Part shown: piece after piece, positions 13,083 to 28,000 of the stretch
Layout of the letters: each line of letters starts with the position of its first letter
Numbering within the stretch: position 1 is the stretch's first letter
From: Ascidiella aspersa
Lineage: Eukaryota
Assembly: GCA_963924565.1 (NCBI GenBank)
Contig: OZ004609.1
Span: forward strand, 36,332,001 to 36,396,000
Direction: 5' to 3'
DNA: 64,000 bases
The notes under the pieces: model-generated
Told to the model about the DNA's origin: nothing
What the model saw: only the letters and a program-made list of their open reading frames with translations
Databases searched by the model: none
Translations under genes and position numbers: made by a program

Positions 13083-16000
13083 GTAAGGAAAAGAGAATAT
13101 TTAAGAATTGTTTTATATCAAACAATAAAGTTGTACCTAATAAAGCTTGGTCGTCAATGAAAATCATGATATTCCTTGAAAAACATTTATTTATAGAAAG
13201 TTTTCGGAAATTATATTACTATATCTAGTGGTTTACTATGTAGTGTATATTTTATCTCTTCGTCAAGGTTTTGTCTTTGTTTTTTATTTCTCTTTTTTAT
13301 TTGTCCAGCGGTCGTCATGAAACCAAACGTGCGGACGTTTCTAGTGCGCGCTTTCGACGACGTCGTGAAAAACCGCGTCAACTCCCTTCATTCCTCCGAG
13401 AGCGACGCACATTTTAACGCCGCTAAAAATCCCGGGTAAAAACAATTCACTTTCTGTCTCCTAAATATTTCGCTAATCACTAACCAAACCTTTTTACGCC
13501 ACAGTGATTCATCCATTCTGATGTGCTTCCCGTGTCGACTTAACTTCAATTCGATGACGTCATTCGTACAACACGTCACAAACGAGCATGACGTCACAAT
13601 TAACGGACGCGAGTTGGAAGATTTGAATAATAACAGCAATGTAAACATGGTTCTACAGGTAAGCTTTGATGCCTTTATGACGCAATAGAAGGGGCATTGA
13701 TGATGATGAATCTTAAAGCTAAAAAGTTGGATTAAATTGACATCATCTTGATAAAGACGTTCCAATGTGTTAAACTTTCTTGGCACACATTAACTGATAA
13801 GGCGCAAAGAATCCTACCACATTTTTTCCAGGGATTTATAATGGCAAAATTGTTTGTGTTAGGGGGTGCGGGTTAGCGTAAGTTCGGGTGGGTGGAATAT
13901 TATTAGTATTTTATTTATATTTATTTTGTCCACTTTTTTTTCAGTTTATTTTATTTGTTAAATAGATTCTGATTTTATTTTATTTGTTAACAATGAAATC
14001 CATATAATGATATGCCGGTGGTATTAGCTAGGTAAATGCCGTCGTTAGGCTTAATGTCAGATATTAGTGTTGAGTGGTAAAAAATATTTAATAATGCAAC
14101 TACCAAAAATGCAGATGAGCATTCCACTAAAATGAAACGAAAATTGTTGCAATATCTATTTAAATACAACAAAGCCAGTGATTCCACATATTATTTGCTT
14201 GTATTGAAATATAAGTGGTAGGATTCTGGCCAGCTACACTGATGATGATACAAGCTCGTATCGAAACGTCTTTATCAAGATGATTTCGATTTACTCGACC
14301 TTTTTGACTATGACATTCATTATCAAGCTACATTATCGATCCCTGCATTGTGTACCGACAAAGTGGCATTGTTTTGTCAATATAATGAGTTCTATATAGA
14401 TGGGTGAGATTTAATAATTCGACATTTCACCGGAATCCAGGCTTGAATCTCACTTCAAAGAGCCGCTGTAATAATAGCGCGGTCTCTCTACTTATCGCAA
14501 TCTCATTAAATCGAGTCCTTCTCACGTTTTAAGTCGTAAACAGACTCAGCAGTTTGTCGCCTTATCGGCCTACATAGATTGGGCGCAAATTAAGGGGTGG
14601 CGGGAGGCGCTAAAAGGGGTGAAATGCCAATTACGGGCCCCTGCCCTCTCAGTTAAATGCCATTTACCCGTTTCTGTCTAAGTGAAGGCCATATTTAGCC
14701 TTATATTCGATTCAAAGCGAATTTTAACGTTAAAACTAGGTGTGAAAAATCTGATTTACCCCGATAGCGTCGTTTGTATCAGAAGATGGTGAATTATCAT
14801 TTGGAGTAAAATGTCGGGTTGGCTAAACCAACTTGCGCACCCAGCAGCTAATTGGCACCTAACTGTGGATTTGAATTAGACTTCGAAGTCACTTTAGGCA
14901 CTTCTTAATGCATTTGGCACCAACCGTGATTCCTATCGCGCATTTGAAACGCTGGCAAGAAAAAGGTGTTTTATTTGCACCTGGCGTTTTGCCTTCAAGT
15001 ATTGCTTATCTATTTCAAATTGACCTTTTTGTTTTAAACGTGCGTTAGAAATTAAAGGTTCACCTAAATTTTTTGCTCGCCTATACGTCGGGTTTAATAA
15101 AATACAAGAAAACATACCTTTAAAATACCACAGAATCCAATTTTTAAAAACAGAATTCCCACAATTTTCAAATTAAATAAATTACAAAAATATGTTACAA
15201 CAACTACAGTACTCTTTCGCACCAGCAGTTATAATAACTCCCAATTGTTAACAAGCTTCAAAATGATTTATCCGATTACATACAAATTCGATTTCAACAA
15301 TGGGCCCTGACTTTATATAATTTTTCACTCAAAAATTTAAAAGATTGTGCCCTTAATTTATTGTCTTGAACCACATTTTGAGAAACTTTGTGCTAAATTT
15401 TAATTGCATGCCTTTAAACCACTAATCTTTTTTCATAAAGGGTCGAGTAAGAGTTGACGATCACTTCATTAACTTACATATAATTGAAAAGCAATATAAT
15501 GCAACAAAACTGTAGTGAGCCTTCATAAATTGCGGTTCAATTTGAAATTTCACCAATCAACAACATTTTAAATATACTTTATCTTAATTACGGAAATATT
15601 CCGCAGACCAAAAAAATTCACACTGCGGCTGGTGGGTGGTTACCCTGCTTTAAACGAAATAATTGCTTTTATAATACACAAAAACTACGAAAGTGACAGC
15701 ATCTTAATGTATTTATTTTTATTTTCCCAGAAATCTTCGGACGGAAAGAGCCTCGTCTGTTTGCTGGAACCTGTGGCGCCACCAAGTGTACAAAAACAAC
15801 CTGACGTCAAGGAGGAAGAAGGGAGTTCCCCTGAGCCAATACCGTCAGTTAAGGTAAGTTAAAAAAATATTTCCAAAAAATTTGGACAAGCCAACGTTTG
15901 CAAAAATTAGGGAAAAATTGGGAATAAAACTGTAGATTGAGCTACAACTGTGGTTTATCCAAAAACTGAGTTTTTTGTATGTCTGGGAAAACAATATTAT

Positions 16001-19000
16001 CTATTTTGCTCTTCTGTTGCACGAGGTTAGAATCAACTAATGTAAATTACCGATAAAAGAATACCTGTGTTTATATAATTAATCAACAAGCATGTTTACC
16101 CAAAAGCAAGCATTTGAACATTTGCAGTGATCACATTTTGGTTATAGAACAGATTTTGACACGACCTTTCAAACAGGGGTCCAGAAATTTTTAAACGGAC
16201 GCCCAGAAAATATATATGGTTTACGTGGACAATGCCCGGCATGGATTTTTGTAAAGATGTCGTCATAATATGACGTCATTAGAAAGGTTGAGAATCTACT
16301 ATTTTAGGTCGCACTGTTGCGCAAATAGGGAACTTATTCAAAGCAGTATAGTAAGATTTAAATAAGCCCTTTTCCCGGCTTATAAGTTTGATTTTAGGTT
16401 ATTTTGGCATTAAAATATAAAACGTTGTTTGTCGCAAAACTTTAAACACAAAAAAAATACAATGATTTGTGTGTTCTTACAACCTCCCAAACCCGATTGC
16501 ATTATCCGGAAGCGCATTAAAATCGCGCGATCGGCTCGAATTACCATTGTCACGTCATCATAGGTGCACAATGCACATTTGTTAGTCAAAATTTGCTGAG
16601 AACAGCGCGAAAAAACGGCAAAGTTTCGCAGGTTGAATAGAGCGTAGTGCAGCTGCTCTCAGGCCAGCGCAGTAATTAACGCATCCGATGTTGCTTGAGC
16701 TCCCACCATTCAACCAGTGGTGCATGGAACTGTTTCAGGACGCCAATTGCGCTAATTGCGCCGCAAACGCAAAACGCGTATGTCGCTCATAGGTTCCCAC
16801 AGGCAAAAATCGCGGTCTAGAGTACAGTTGAGGTTGTATAATTTCAAGAATCCGGAGCAAAATTCGGCTAATTTTGATTCGAATCTCTTTTGCGAATGGC
16901 CTGTGTGCTTTAATTTTTGTTCTAACCTAATTTTTGTTTTGCTTTTAATGTCACGTCGTCCGACGGCTTTTTGGACCCTCATTTGGAAAATAATTTTGAC
17001 GTTTGTATTTACTGTTTTTGTTAGATGACTTTACAATCATTTAGGTGAATTTGACATTAAACATAGGCTATGATAAAAAGCACCAATTTAGCCTATCAAC
17101 ATTTGCTATTCACATTCTCATGAAAATAGTTTTAGTTCGAATTATAATGCCATTCCAATTTAAAAAACTGAATGCTACAATTTTAATTCTAATCTAATTT
17201 TAGAAAGCTAAAATAAATCTAGTTGTCCAAGTCTGGCCCAGAGGTAGATTGTTGTATTTTTTAGATTTAGTTGAGTTGCTAAAGACGTAAAACCCTTAAT
17301 TGTTTGTTAAAAGCTGATTTCTTTAAATTTGTTTGTTAAGGTTTCTTCGGTAAGCTTAACAACGTGAATTCCTATTGTCTTATATCTTGGTAAATAAGGT
17401 TCTTAGAAATAAATCATTACGTTTTATTAAGGAATAATCTTTTTATTTTAGATTTTTAGATTAAATGCTCTTGTTTTATCGAAAGTTTATGAGTAGTTTT
17501 TCCATATTTCTAGGTCTATTTTTGCTGTAAAAAAATTAGTTTTCTTGTTGGTGTCTAAAAACAAGTAGATGTTTACAGGCGAATCGAGAATTTAATGTTA
17601 ATAAAGCGCTTTACGAGAAAAGCCCTCCTTGAATATGCAGTCGTTTAATGGTTTGATAATTTACTTTTCGTAACATACTCACTACTTTCTGCATAGTCCT
17701 CAATTTTATCAAAATATTTAGGCATTTTTGTTATTTGACTTGCATGATTAAAATACAACACTTCTGAAATACTAATTTTTGATCGGTCTTAGAGTTAGTT
17801 CCGAGCTTGTCTTTTAAAACAGATAAAAATTTTCGGTAATTACCGGCCCAGTTTACTAATAACAAATAGCCCGATTCGTTTGCACAACGTTGCAGCAACG
17901 CACCAATCTTCTAACATTACAAGACTTACCAGGAAAACTCATGTAGGTTTCGAAATCCGGTAGTTTGCATCACGCGTTTAAAATTTAAAACTTTTCAAAT
18001 ATTCTCAAATTTTTATCAGTGTCAAGTTCAGTTCATTCCACCTCTTTCAAAAACAGGTTAAAATTTTCGCAGCTTATAACATTTTAATAATAACGAATTG
18101 CCCAGTTCCTTTACCCAGGCTAATTGCTCGAACCCCGGCCGGCGATGTTCCCATAGAATCAAATGGCCTTGCCAAATCTCGTTTTATTGCGCCGGTATAG
18201 GCGAGATAAGGCCGGTTAAGCGTGGGAGTTCGCTAATGAGCAAGACACTCAGCCGGGGATTGCTTCCGATTCAGGCATTTTCTTGTGCGAAAAACCAGCG
18301 CTGACGCCGACCCGCTACGCTGAGCGGTCAAGTCCCGCGAAAAAATGGCCCTCATTTGTCAGTTTGACGCTGATTTGCAAGAGATTTTTTGTGAAGAGAA
18401 TATCTTGATCAATATTCCAGGCCAAAATATTGGCCCTTACTGAAAGATTAAGGTTTAATGCTATAACGTATGCGCCACAGATGCTAGTTAGAGCCAGTTA
18501 GGCGTGATTTCTTTCGAAACGTTTGTCACTTCTGATTTGCGAGAGTTTTTTAAGGGAATGGATTTATCATCGTCTAGGCTGAAATATATTTGCCACTTGC
18601 TGTAAAATTTAGGTTTGACGATAAATAAAGTCAGATAGGCTGATTGTCTTTTTAGCTGAACGCAATTTCCTGGATTGTTCGATATAGTAACCATTCTGGA
18701 AAACTTTAGCAAGTTTTATTTCGCCTAACCCAATTTCTACTTATGTACAAGTTCGTATTAATGTATATTCGAAATTTCATTGCAATTGAAACACGTTGGT
18801 GCTCATTAAAAAAGTTGATGACACTTTCAGCCAGTCAGTTGTGATTGAGATTGTCAGTTAGCTGTAAGGGCTGTTGTCTTAAAGAGCTTTTAGTAAAACT
18901 GTGGCTGTGGTATATTTTTGTTTAGTAATATTTCAAGATAAATTAAAAATATACTTTATGGCCTATTGTCTAATCATTGCCTTAAAATATTTCGTAAAGC

Positions 19001-22000
19001 TTTTTCAGTAGACAAAAGATGCTATAAACTTGGAAGTACTAGCTGGCTGCAAGGTTATTTATTTTAAGCTTGAAAAGAACATTTAGGCTATTTCACAATT
19101 TAATAAAGAATTTAGTATGTTATCTTAATGTTATTTCATAGTAATATTTGAAATTTGAATGGCTTATTGCGTGTGTATCAGATTTAATTTATTGCTTTGG
19201 TAAAAGGCGCCATGAAATCCAATTATAATTTCACAGACTCAATGTGAAACTCAATTTGAGTTTAATCATATTCCACTGAAAAAAGCTCCAAGTTAATTTT
19301 CATTAAACCAATAATAAACGGAAAGTAAATAAGAGAGGGATAAGTGCTTGGCATTGTGTTTGGAATCAAGTGATTTTTATTGGTTTGTTACAGTTTTTAT
19401 ATCGGTGCGTTGTGTGCGTAATTCCTAATGTGCGTTAATTTTACAATCTACGGAATTGCCAGCGCGTCCATTAGCGCAAAATACACGCAAACTTTTCCGG
19501 TTTTAGAGCAAATGTTTGAGGTTGTAGTTATACATAGAATGAATATCAAAGCCCATACAGAAGTAGAAAGCATTTTTTAACGTTTCAAATAAACCTTAAA
19601 ATAATGGTTGGAGGTTGTAGCTAGTCGTAGAAATAATATCAGAGTCCATACAGAAGTAATTAACACTCAGAGCAGTTCAAATATATCTTTATTTATTTTC
19701 GACATGAATAAAGAGATGTTCGAAATGTTTAAAATTTTACCTACTTCTATATGAGCTGTGATTTTTCTTCAAACGATAGAAATTGCAAGACTGGCGAAAT
19801 AAATTATTTACTTTTCGCAATTATAAACTTGCTTAATTGCAGTTCGTTTTGAAGCAGTGGCTTTAAAGCCACATTTAGGTTGTAAAGTAGGCAGACCAAT
19901 AATATTTCTCAGGCTTGGCTTAATGTATGACTAACACTGAACTGTTGTGTGGTTTTGTCGAACAACTTGCAAATTGCTTGCGACCAATGCAATGAGCACA
20001 TCAGCAATTTCCGCTAGGCCTAGTTTCAGTTGAGTTACATTGCATTACTAGCCCGACCTTTTCTATCCTTAAAAATGCCATTAGCTTAATTGTTTAAATT
20101 ACTCTAAAAAATACTTTTTTTTCAATATTTTAGTAAACTGTTTTAAGCTGCTAAGTGATATATCTTAAGTTAAGTCAAAAATCTTTGCTAATTATGTGGA
20201 AACATGTTTAATCGCGGAAGGGTCCCTGTTTCATTTACACGTCGTATTTGTACACAGTACATGTGCATGTTCGTATCCTTAAACAGTTAAACTTACGTCT
20301 GTATTCCTATGCATTGTACCCATGTTCCCATTCATACACAGCCTTTGCACACACGTAATACAGACAAAAAGCATTCAGTTCTAAAGCAGATCAAACATGT
20401 TTTCCCCATTTATCCTCATTATGCACACACATATGAAGACCAACGGATGAATAATTTAAAGTATTTAATTGCAGCGTAATTTTTATTCACACACAACACA
20501 CAGACATCTGCTCTATAAAATTAATAGAGGGATGGTATCATGACAACATTCGAGCTATGTTCTTCGTAAAACAGTTTAGTTTACATTTTTTCAGACTGTC
20601 ATTTATAACGGTAATGATAAACGTGAAATAAGTTTTAATCTCCTTATTGCACGTCAGTTATACTGTTTTGTTTAAATTGTTTTCAAAGCATGTAGAGTGA
20701 TTTAATTTGTAGGTCTTCCATAACCTACAACTTTTCTTCCAAAAGTCTTCGAATGTCTTTGAATTAATTTCATCTTAAAGTTTGGCAACCTTGTTTAACC
20801 AATACACACACGATGATAACGTTCGTTTTTTTTTGTATAAAGCTACCTCGTAGTGGTTCAAACCCAATCAACCGCCAAATTTAAGAAATAAACATTTTCC
20901 CAAACCCCCGTAGAGCGCGATTGGCGCTTTCAACTCAACTTCAAAACTTGGAACAACAATCACACACAATCACGCACACAGGGCTGGCCTTAAACAAAAC
21001 AAACAAGACCCAGTTGAGCGAACGGCCCGAATAATTCAGTCGCCAACGGATTAGGACACTTATTTCACACGTTATAATTTCCGCGCTTTGCTCGATGTTA
21101 TGATAACCTGGCCCGACAGGCCGCGGCCTGCTCCACTTACTTAATTTTTGACTCATAACCAAAAGGCAACAGCAGCGGCTCCGGAACACCGGAACAAGAG
21201 TTATAGAACAATTCTTGTTTTGATTCGAATCTCTCACAATCGAACGGGCCTTTGTGCCGACAATAATTGCGCCTACTGTTGCGTCACAGTGGATTTGCAG
21301 CAGCCAGGGCGAGTTAATCTGGCCGGGAAGGGATTAGATGGAAATCGGTGAGATCAAAACGGTTTAGGGGCGAAGTTATAAACCTTGGTGTTAACTTGTT
21401 GTTTGTGAGAGTTTTTATTTGTCAAATATTTTCAATAATTATGTTTGTTTTGGGATTATCCATAACTGCCAATTGTTGATCTTTTACAAATCAAAAAAGT
21501 TTTGCTCGAATTAATTTAGACAGGTTTGGCGTAACTACAGTATTCTGTGATGTATATTGAAAACGGTTTTAAGTCTATTTAAACCTTTTTTAATCGAATT
21601 TGTTCCTAAAAGCTTTTAATTTTTAGGTTTTTTAATAAAAAGGCGTTTGAAAATTAAGTGTTTACATCGTTGTTTGACATTATTAGAATGTAATGCTATC
21701 ACAATTGCTTTGAAAGCCGTTTATGAAAGAGCTAGTAAATATATATATAATTAACAAAGGTTTAAAGATATGTTTAATAGATATGATCGTCCGTTAAATG
21801 ATTGTATTTTGGGAATTGGGTTCCAAAGCCAAAATAATAAACTAAAAATGAACTACAATATAACTAAACACCAGGCAAAAACATCAAAGCTATTCAATGC
21901 GCGTCGAGTTTAAATATGACGACTTAGATTATGCTGTGCTCTTCAAAATACAGCACGCTTTGCTGAACAGCTAATGCCCGTACGTGCCTAATAAGCCTGC

Positions 22001-25000
22001 GATGGCATTTTGATGGCGGTCTGTGGAAAGTCTGCTTCACAGTGCAACGTGTAAGGATTTCCTATGGGAGTGGAATTTGTCCAAATCCTGAATAAATCAA
22101 ATTAAGTTCGCGCCGAGGAGAAGCTTTTGCTGGGCGTTAATTGGCCAGAGCGCAGCCAATGAGCGCTTTCCCACGACCGGAGAGCATTGTTTGCTGATAA
22201 TGCAATTATTGTGGCATAATGGTGGCGGCATTTTAGTGGGAAAGGTCTCGTTCTGATTTGGTATGATGCGTTTTTATGTCTGGGCCGCTGCTATAATTGC
22301 ATGCTGTTTTGTAAATGTTCAAACCTCAGCTTGGGGATGTATTTCCAAAACTTGTGATGGGGAGTTTGGTATGATAGTGCAAATACCAGTACTATATAAA
22401 GCTTTTCATGTATAACTTTGCCAATTTAAATTGAACGATGCAAAATATAAATAGTAATTAACCTCAATAGCGTGAACATTTTCTACAACAAAAGAAAATT
22501 AATTCAATAATCTCAGTATTTAGAGGATTTTTTATTGGATATTGGATCCTTAAATTATAGGTCTCAAATATCCTTAAAATACCTGATTAGAGGACTTTGC
22601 TTCCAACTAACTGGCATTCGGAACTAAATGGCATGTCTTAACTTAATTGTGAAAATCAGCTTCTGGGACAGGTTTTTTTAGATCTGTTTTACCTGGTTCG
22701 CTACCCGGGTTTACTTTATTAGCTATCTTCTAAAACCTGTAAAAACAAGCGTATCTACTAATCGTCAAACTTTGTGTGTTTAACATAATTATTAAACAAA
22801 AAGATGTAGGTCAGGTAAACTTGTATCTTAATTTGCTAAAAGTCTCTCATTTTTGGCCGCTACTTCCGACTCTGATGCGACATGTAGTGGTCAACTGTAT
22901 CCTTACACATTTTCGATTTACTTTGAATAAATTATAAAATGAAAACTATAGCCTTTTCATTTTAAAAAATAACCTTTTCATTTTAAATAAACTAAAGAAA
23001 TATCTTAGGGTTTTATATAAAATCAGTTGTTTTAGCAGTTTTTCACTCAATGGATGTGATAACTGAAAACCAAGCATATTCTTTATAATAATAGATAAAA
23101 AAATTGGTTCTTTCCTAAATATGTTTTCCTGAATGTTGTATTTTTGAATTTTCCTTAATAACAACATTTCGGTGTTGAATTGACATAAGTCTTAAGTCGC
23201 TGATTTTAAATGACTTAACTTAAATCATGATTTCAAATGTTTGAAATACACATAAAAACGAATTTATTTGGGTAAAAAATAACTTCATAGCTACATTAGT
23301 GATAAGATATACCGCTCAATGGTGTGCCCTGGTATAATTAGCCTAAGTTTTTTTTGCGAACTATTAAAACAACAGACCTACCTATTTATAAAAACTAAAT
23401 AATTTTGATAACACGCTGTAAACCTAAAAAAAATAACTTGTTACGGAACTGCGAAATGGTGCGACATTGATTTGTGTAATTTTTATTCAAGGCTTGTATT
23501 TTGGGTTGAAACTTCAATCTGAAATGGCCGACGAAAATAAATTTTCACAAAGATTAGATTTAGGCCCTTCCCAGCTCCAGTTACCACGATATTGTCAAAA
23601 TTAAGCGTTTTATATTCACGGGCAATTCTCTACCTGTTTGTAGGTGTTGTTTGGATTCGGAATCAGCATTTTCAAAGGCATCTTGTGTATTGAATGGGTG
23701 CCGCTATCGTTGGCCAGTCAGACTCTAGAAGGGCTTGGTCACAGAAAACATGTTTGCATATTTCAGTTGCTCTTTGGGATGTTTAGGGTTTGTTTGGGAT
23801 GTTTAGGGTGTTGGATTCGACAAAAAAGTTCAGCTTTGTGGGTTCTGTTTCCATTTTACGAGATTTAAAATAATCAAAACACGAGAGGAAATTAAACAAG
23901 AAAGTAGGAAAAAAAATTAAACAAAAAAGTAGGAAAAATAAAGAAACAACTATTTTGTTTAATTACATTAAATTAGCATTCAAAAAAAAGTCAGCGTTCG
24001 AAACGCGAGATTGTTTTATGTTTTTCTGTTGTTGTTTTCTCTCTTCTAAACGTGTAACTCATTAAATTCGCTCAGTTCGTTTAAAACGTTGAAAAGTGCC
24101 ATCACTTAAATGTGCATTTTCATAATGTTTGGAATGATAAAATCCCTATCAGAGTGCATTAGACAGGTGCGCCAAGATACGACAAAAGGCCATTAACAGA
24201 TGCGCGACGAAATTTGCGCGTTTTTTCTGATTTCAGCCGCTCGTCAATTCAGATCGAGATCAAAAGAAACTGACCTTATCGCAAAAATCTCTCGCTTTTT
24301 CGACGACAAATTAAACCTCGTCGTTTAACCGGGTGGTGGTGAACGCACACTTCGTTGTGTGACGTCACAAGCGCTGTTTGTTTGCTCAGCAATCGGCGTG
24401 TCCCTTTGTTACGAAACAATCGGACAGGCGCAATGATTAATTAGCGTCGGGCGCAATTAGCCACCTCCTCGCTTTGTTGTATCGCGAAATCTTCAGCTGA
24501 CGGCTGCTGGTTTTAATTTGGCCGCTAAAAGTGAGATAACATCGCCGAATTAAAGGAAACGCTCGCTTATATAAGGCTTACGGCGAGCCGAAAGGGTCAT
24601 GCGTGTAATGTGGGCAAGTCAAACCTTGGTAAACAACAAAATTTTACCATTCACGACTAAATAACAGTACAGTAATCAGGTGACACTATTTAAAGACAAA
24701 TTGTATTAAATTCTCGTCATAGCTGCCGTTCCTGTTCAAAATCTAATTAACCGGTAAATTTGGATACATTTATGTGTGTCAAATGTACCATTGGCAATAT
24801 TTTGCGGTTTAAGATAAACTCAAAGTTTTTGGAACTTTTTGTCAAAGTATTATCTTTTTAACCAATGTTTTGTAAATAAAAAAATAAAAAAAAATAAAAA
24901 GGGGTGCAGTTGACTCGATGTACCTTACGGTCTTTCACTGCAGCCTGGAACAAACAACTGTATTTTTTCCTTGTTACTTCGTACTGAGTTTTAGTTGTTT

Positions 25001-28000
25001 TGTTTCCAAAATAATAAAATCTATCTATCTACGTTACCCTTGAAACTAATTTTTGAGGGTCAGTTTCTATCACAAATCATCTATTCTTACAACAAAGTAT
25101 AAATGTCCTTCCGAAATTGAGTGACGGTTTAGTGATTTTCATCCCAGTAAGGTGTTTGTTTAACGTTGGATGTCTAAAACAAAATGCTGTCAACTCTTAA
25201 CGGATTTGTTCGTTGACGCTGTGGTTTTGTGATAACATCACATTCCCTTAAGTTCCCACAACGATGTTCAATCGATAAAATTGTTCCGCTGACAAATCAC
25301 AACTTCCAACAAACTCAAGTCGCACCACAAAATGTTTATCGCAAAACGGGCCAAGTACGAAACAACTCGTCGAAAATCCACGTTTTTTGGCGCACACTTG
25401 CAATGTTGGCCCAAATTTCTCGCCAGCTGCTCAACCGTGGTTTCGGCAGATCCTTATCACAACTCAAAGACTAATTGTTCCGTCCATCAAGAAAACGGGT
25501 TTCTTATTGCAGGGGTGGCCTGAATGTTTCCGACAGAGGGGGGTCGTATGGGTTGTTTGTGACGAGTAGATATTCGATGACGTCACGTATTTGTGCCTTT
25601 TGGCAGATCACAAGTTATTTTTACTTATTTTGCCTTTCTATTTAAAATATCGAATTTCGGAATAAAATAAGTTACTTTACCCCTATCCGTGTACCCCCAT
25701 GTTTTTGTAACACCTCTACCCCTAATATTTTGCCCCACCATCGCCCCTAAACGCCCCCCCCCCTCGCCACCTTTTTAACTCACATTCCGTATTATTGAAC
25801 TCTTTCCTTAACACCAATTACCCTTATTCTTTTGCCTCTTTGCTCCCCCAATTTTATTTCCTTTACCATTTCCCTCTTAACACCCCTAACCCTATTTTTC
25901 ATCCCTAGTTATTTCTGCTCCCATTTGTAACACCTTACACATATTTTACCAATCCCTTTGTTCCCTATGTAGCCCCTAAGACCCATACTTCCATTATTTG
26001 AGCCTTATTGATCCTTTCTCTCATTTATAACCCCTTATACCTATTATTTCGCTCCTACCTTAGCCATAATACCCCTACTGTTAAGATTTAGCCTTATGTC
26101 CCCTAACACCCCTACCACTAATATTTTACCCCATTATTTTAACCCTAGTTACCCCACCCCCCGGTTATAAACCCTTATCCCTATTATTTCACCCCTTCGT
26201 GATTCCCAACCTTCAACTTACAGCTTCATTAGCGGCATTTGCACGTTCTTCTAATTAGCTGCCATGGTCGTGCATTTTAACTGGGAGCGGGGCACGAAAT
26301 GTCAGCCATTGTTGACGACACAAACAGCTTCTCGCGTTGCGCTGAAGCTTGGCGTGAATCGATTACGCTATCAAATTCGCCGATTAACGGTGCAACTCGG
26401 GTCCCCCCCGGGGAATTAGCTGCTTACTCCCCGCCAAAGATAAATCCGTTTTATTTCAGTTCGAATGGGCGCAGTTTAGCATTCTTTGAGATACAGACTG
26501 CCACTAGTATGGAAATCAGGTGGCAATTTTTACCGACAATTTGTAAAAATACTGCTTACTCCCCCGCCAAAGATAAATCCGTTTAATTTAGCCCGAATTT
26601 AACAAGGATTTTGGCCAGGGCTTGTTAGTGGATAAGTTTTGTAATCTTATGGGCGCAGTTTGGCGTCGTTTTGAGATACAGACTGTCACTAGTATGGAAA
26701 TTAGGGGGCAATCGTTAACGGTAATTTATAAAAAATATAAATATAATCTTACTACACCCAACCATGTGAACTACTGCAGTCGGCGACCCAACCAAATCAG
26801 AGGGCCACCATTTTTGGTTGCTACCCAGTGGTTAAGAAACATTGGCTTGAGGTTAAGCGTGACGTATTGACAAAAGCTCGAATTTAAACGCCTACACAAG
26901 TTTAGCGAAAAGCAACGCATTTTGTTTAAAGTCTGTAATAAATAAAAACGTGCTGCTATTGTAAAAATGCCGACTTTTTCGTAAATTTTTCGTGACATGC
27001 ATTGGCGTAATCCTTCATTGAAAATTGTCCACTACTGTTGCCATTGAAACAACATAAGGGGCCTTGATGCAAAAAACGCAAAATGTAGCTTTTTTCTCGA
27101 GATTTTGAATTGTGGCGTTCACAGAAAGCAAGCGAAAGTAGCGAAGAGGCTACGGTCAATTACTCTTATTTACGCACACGCCCATGCTGTCAAAACATCG
27201 GCCGTGGTTTGTCGCGAGCAAAACACATCCAGAAATATTCGTGCAAAATTATCCTCTGTGACGTAACACACGTGAGCTCGCGCGACGTTACGGCTTTAGC
27301 GCTTGTCGCGGCAAAGGAACTTTATTTGGAAATTAAATTTAGGTTTTTAAAGGTTATTGACGATTTTTAAATTAGACGCTGACACTTTTACGTTTTGTTG
27401 TTATAAAAATGGATTATTTTGTATTTTATTACAAAATGAGTTATTGTGAGGTCGCATATAACTGATTTTTGACTCGCTAGGCTTAAAATCTGTTTTGTTG
27501 TTGTTTTTTCGCTTGCTATCAGCAGCAAAATTGTAAGTCAAGTTTTGCAATTACAGTATAAGAGTTGTGCGCTCTTTGCACAACTAACACAGCACTAACG
27601 AAAATACAATTTTACAGGCTGATATATTGGGAATGCGAGCATGGACTAAAGGAGTGCTTGTTATTATAGCTGGCAATTTCTGACGTTTTCCGTGCTGTGG
27701 CTTTGGAAATGTAGAAAACATTTTAAATCTGGTTTTAGTTGTTTTCTGACAAATCTAAATATGACTTTGAGCCAGATTAGAAAACAACCGGTGATAGGTT
27801 TTTTGTTGGTTGTCGGTTGTAACTTCCAGAAAAAAAAATTGTCAACCTTCGTTGTGTGGCCTTCTAATTTATAAAGTGGCCTGTTAAATTATAAGTTGGA
27901 GATCAACTTAAAATTTGCGTGAGATAAGTTTGATAAAGTGCGTACGCCGTAATTCGACGCGTGCGGTGTTTCTGAGCCTATGGGTCGCGACCCAAAGTGG

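Noticed and set aside
12760-13167. Antisense ORFs over exons (also 13388-13786, 52888-53136, 58541-58852, 59840-60043)
   Set aside because: These are shadows of GC-richer ZFHX coding exons. The sense frame carries the conserved motifs and splice signals.
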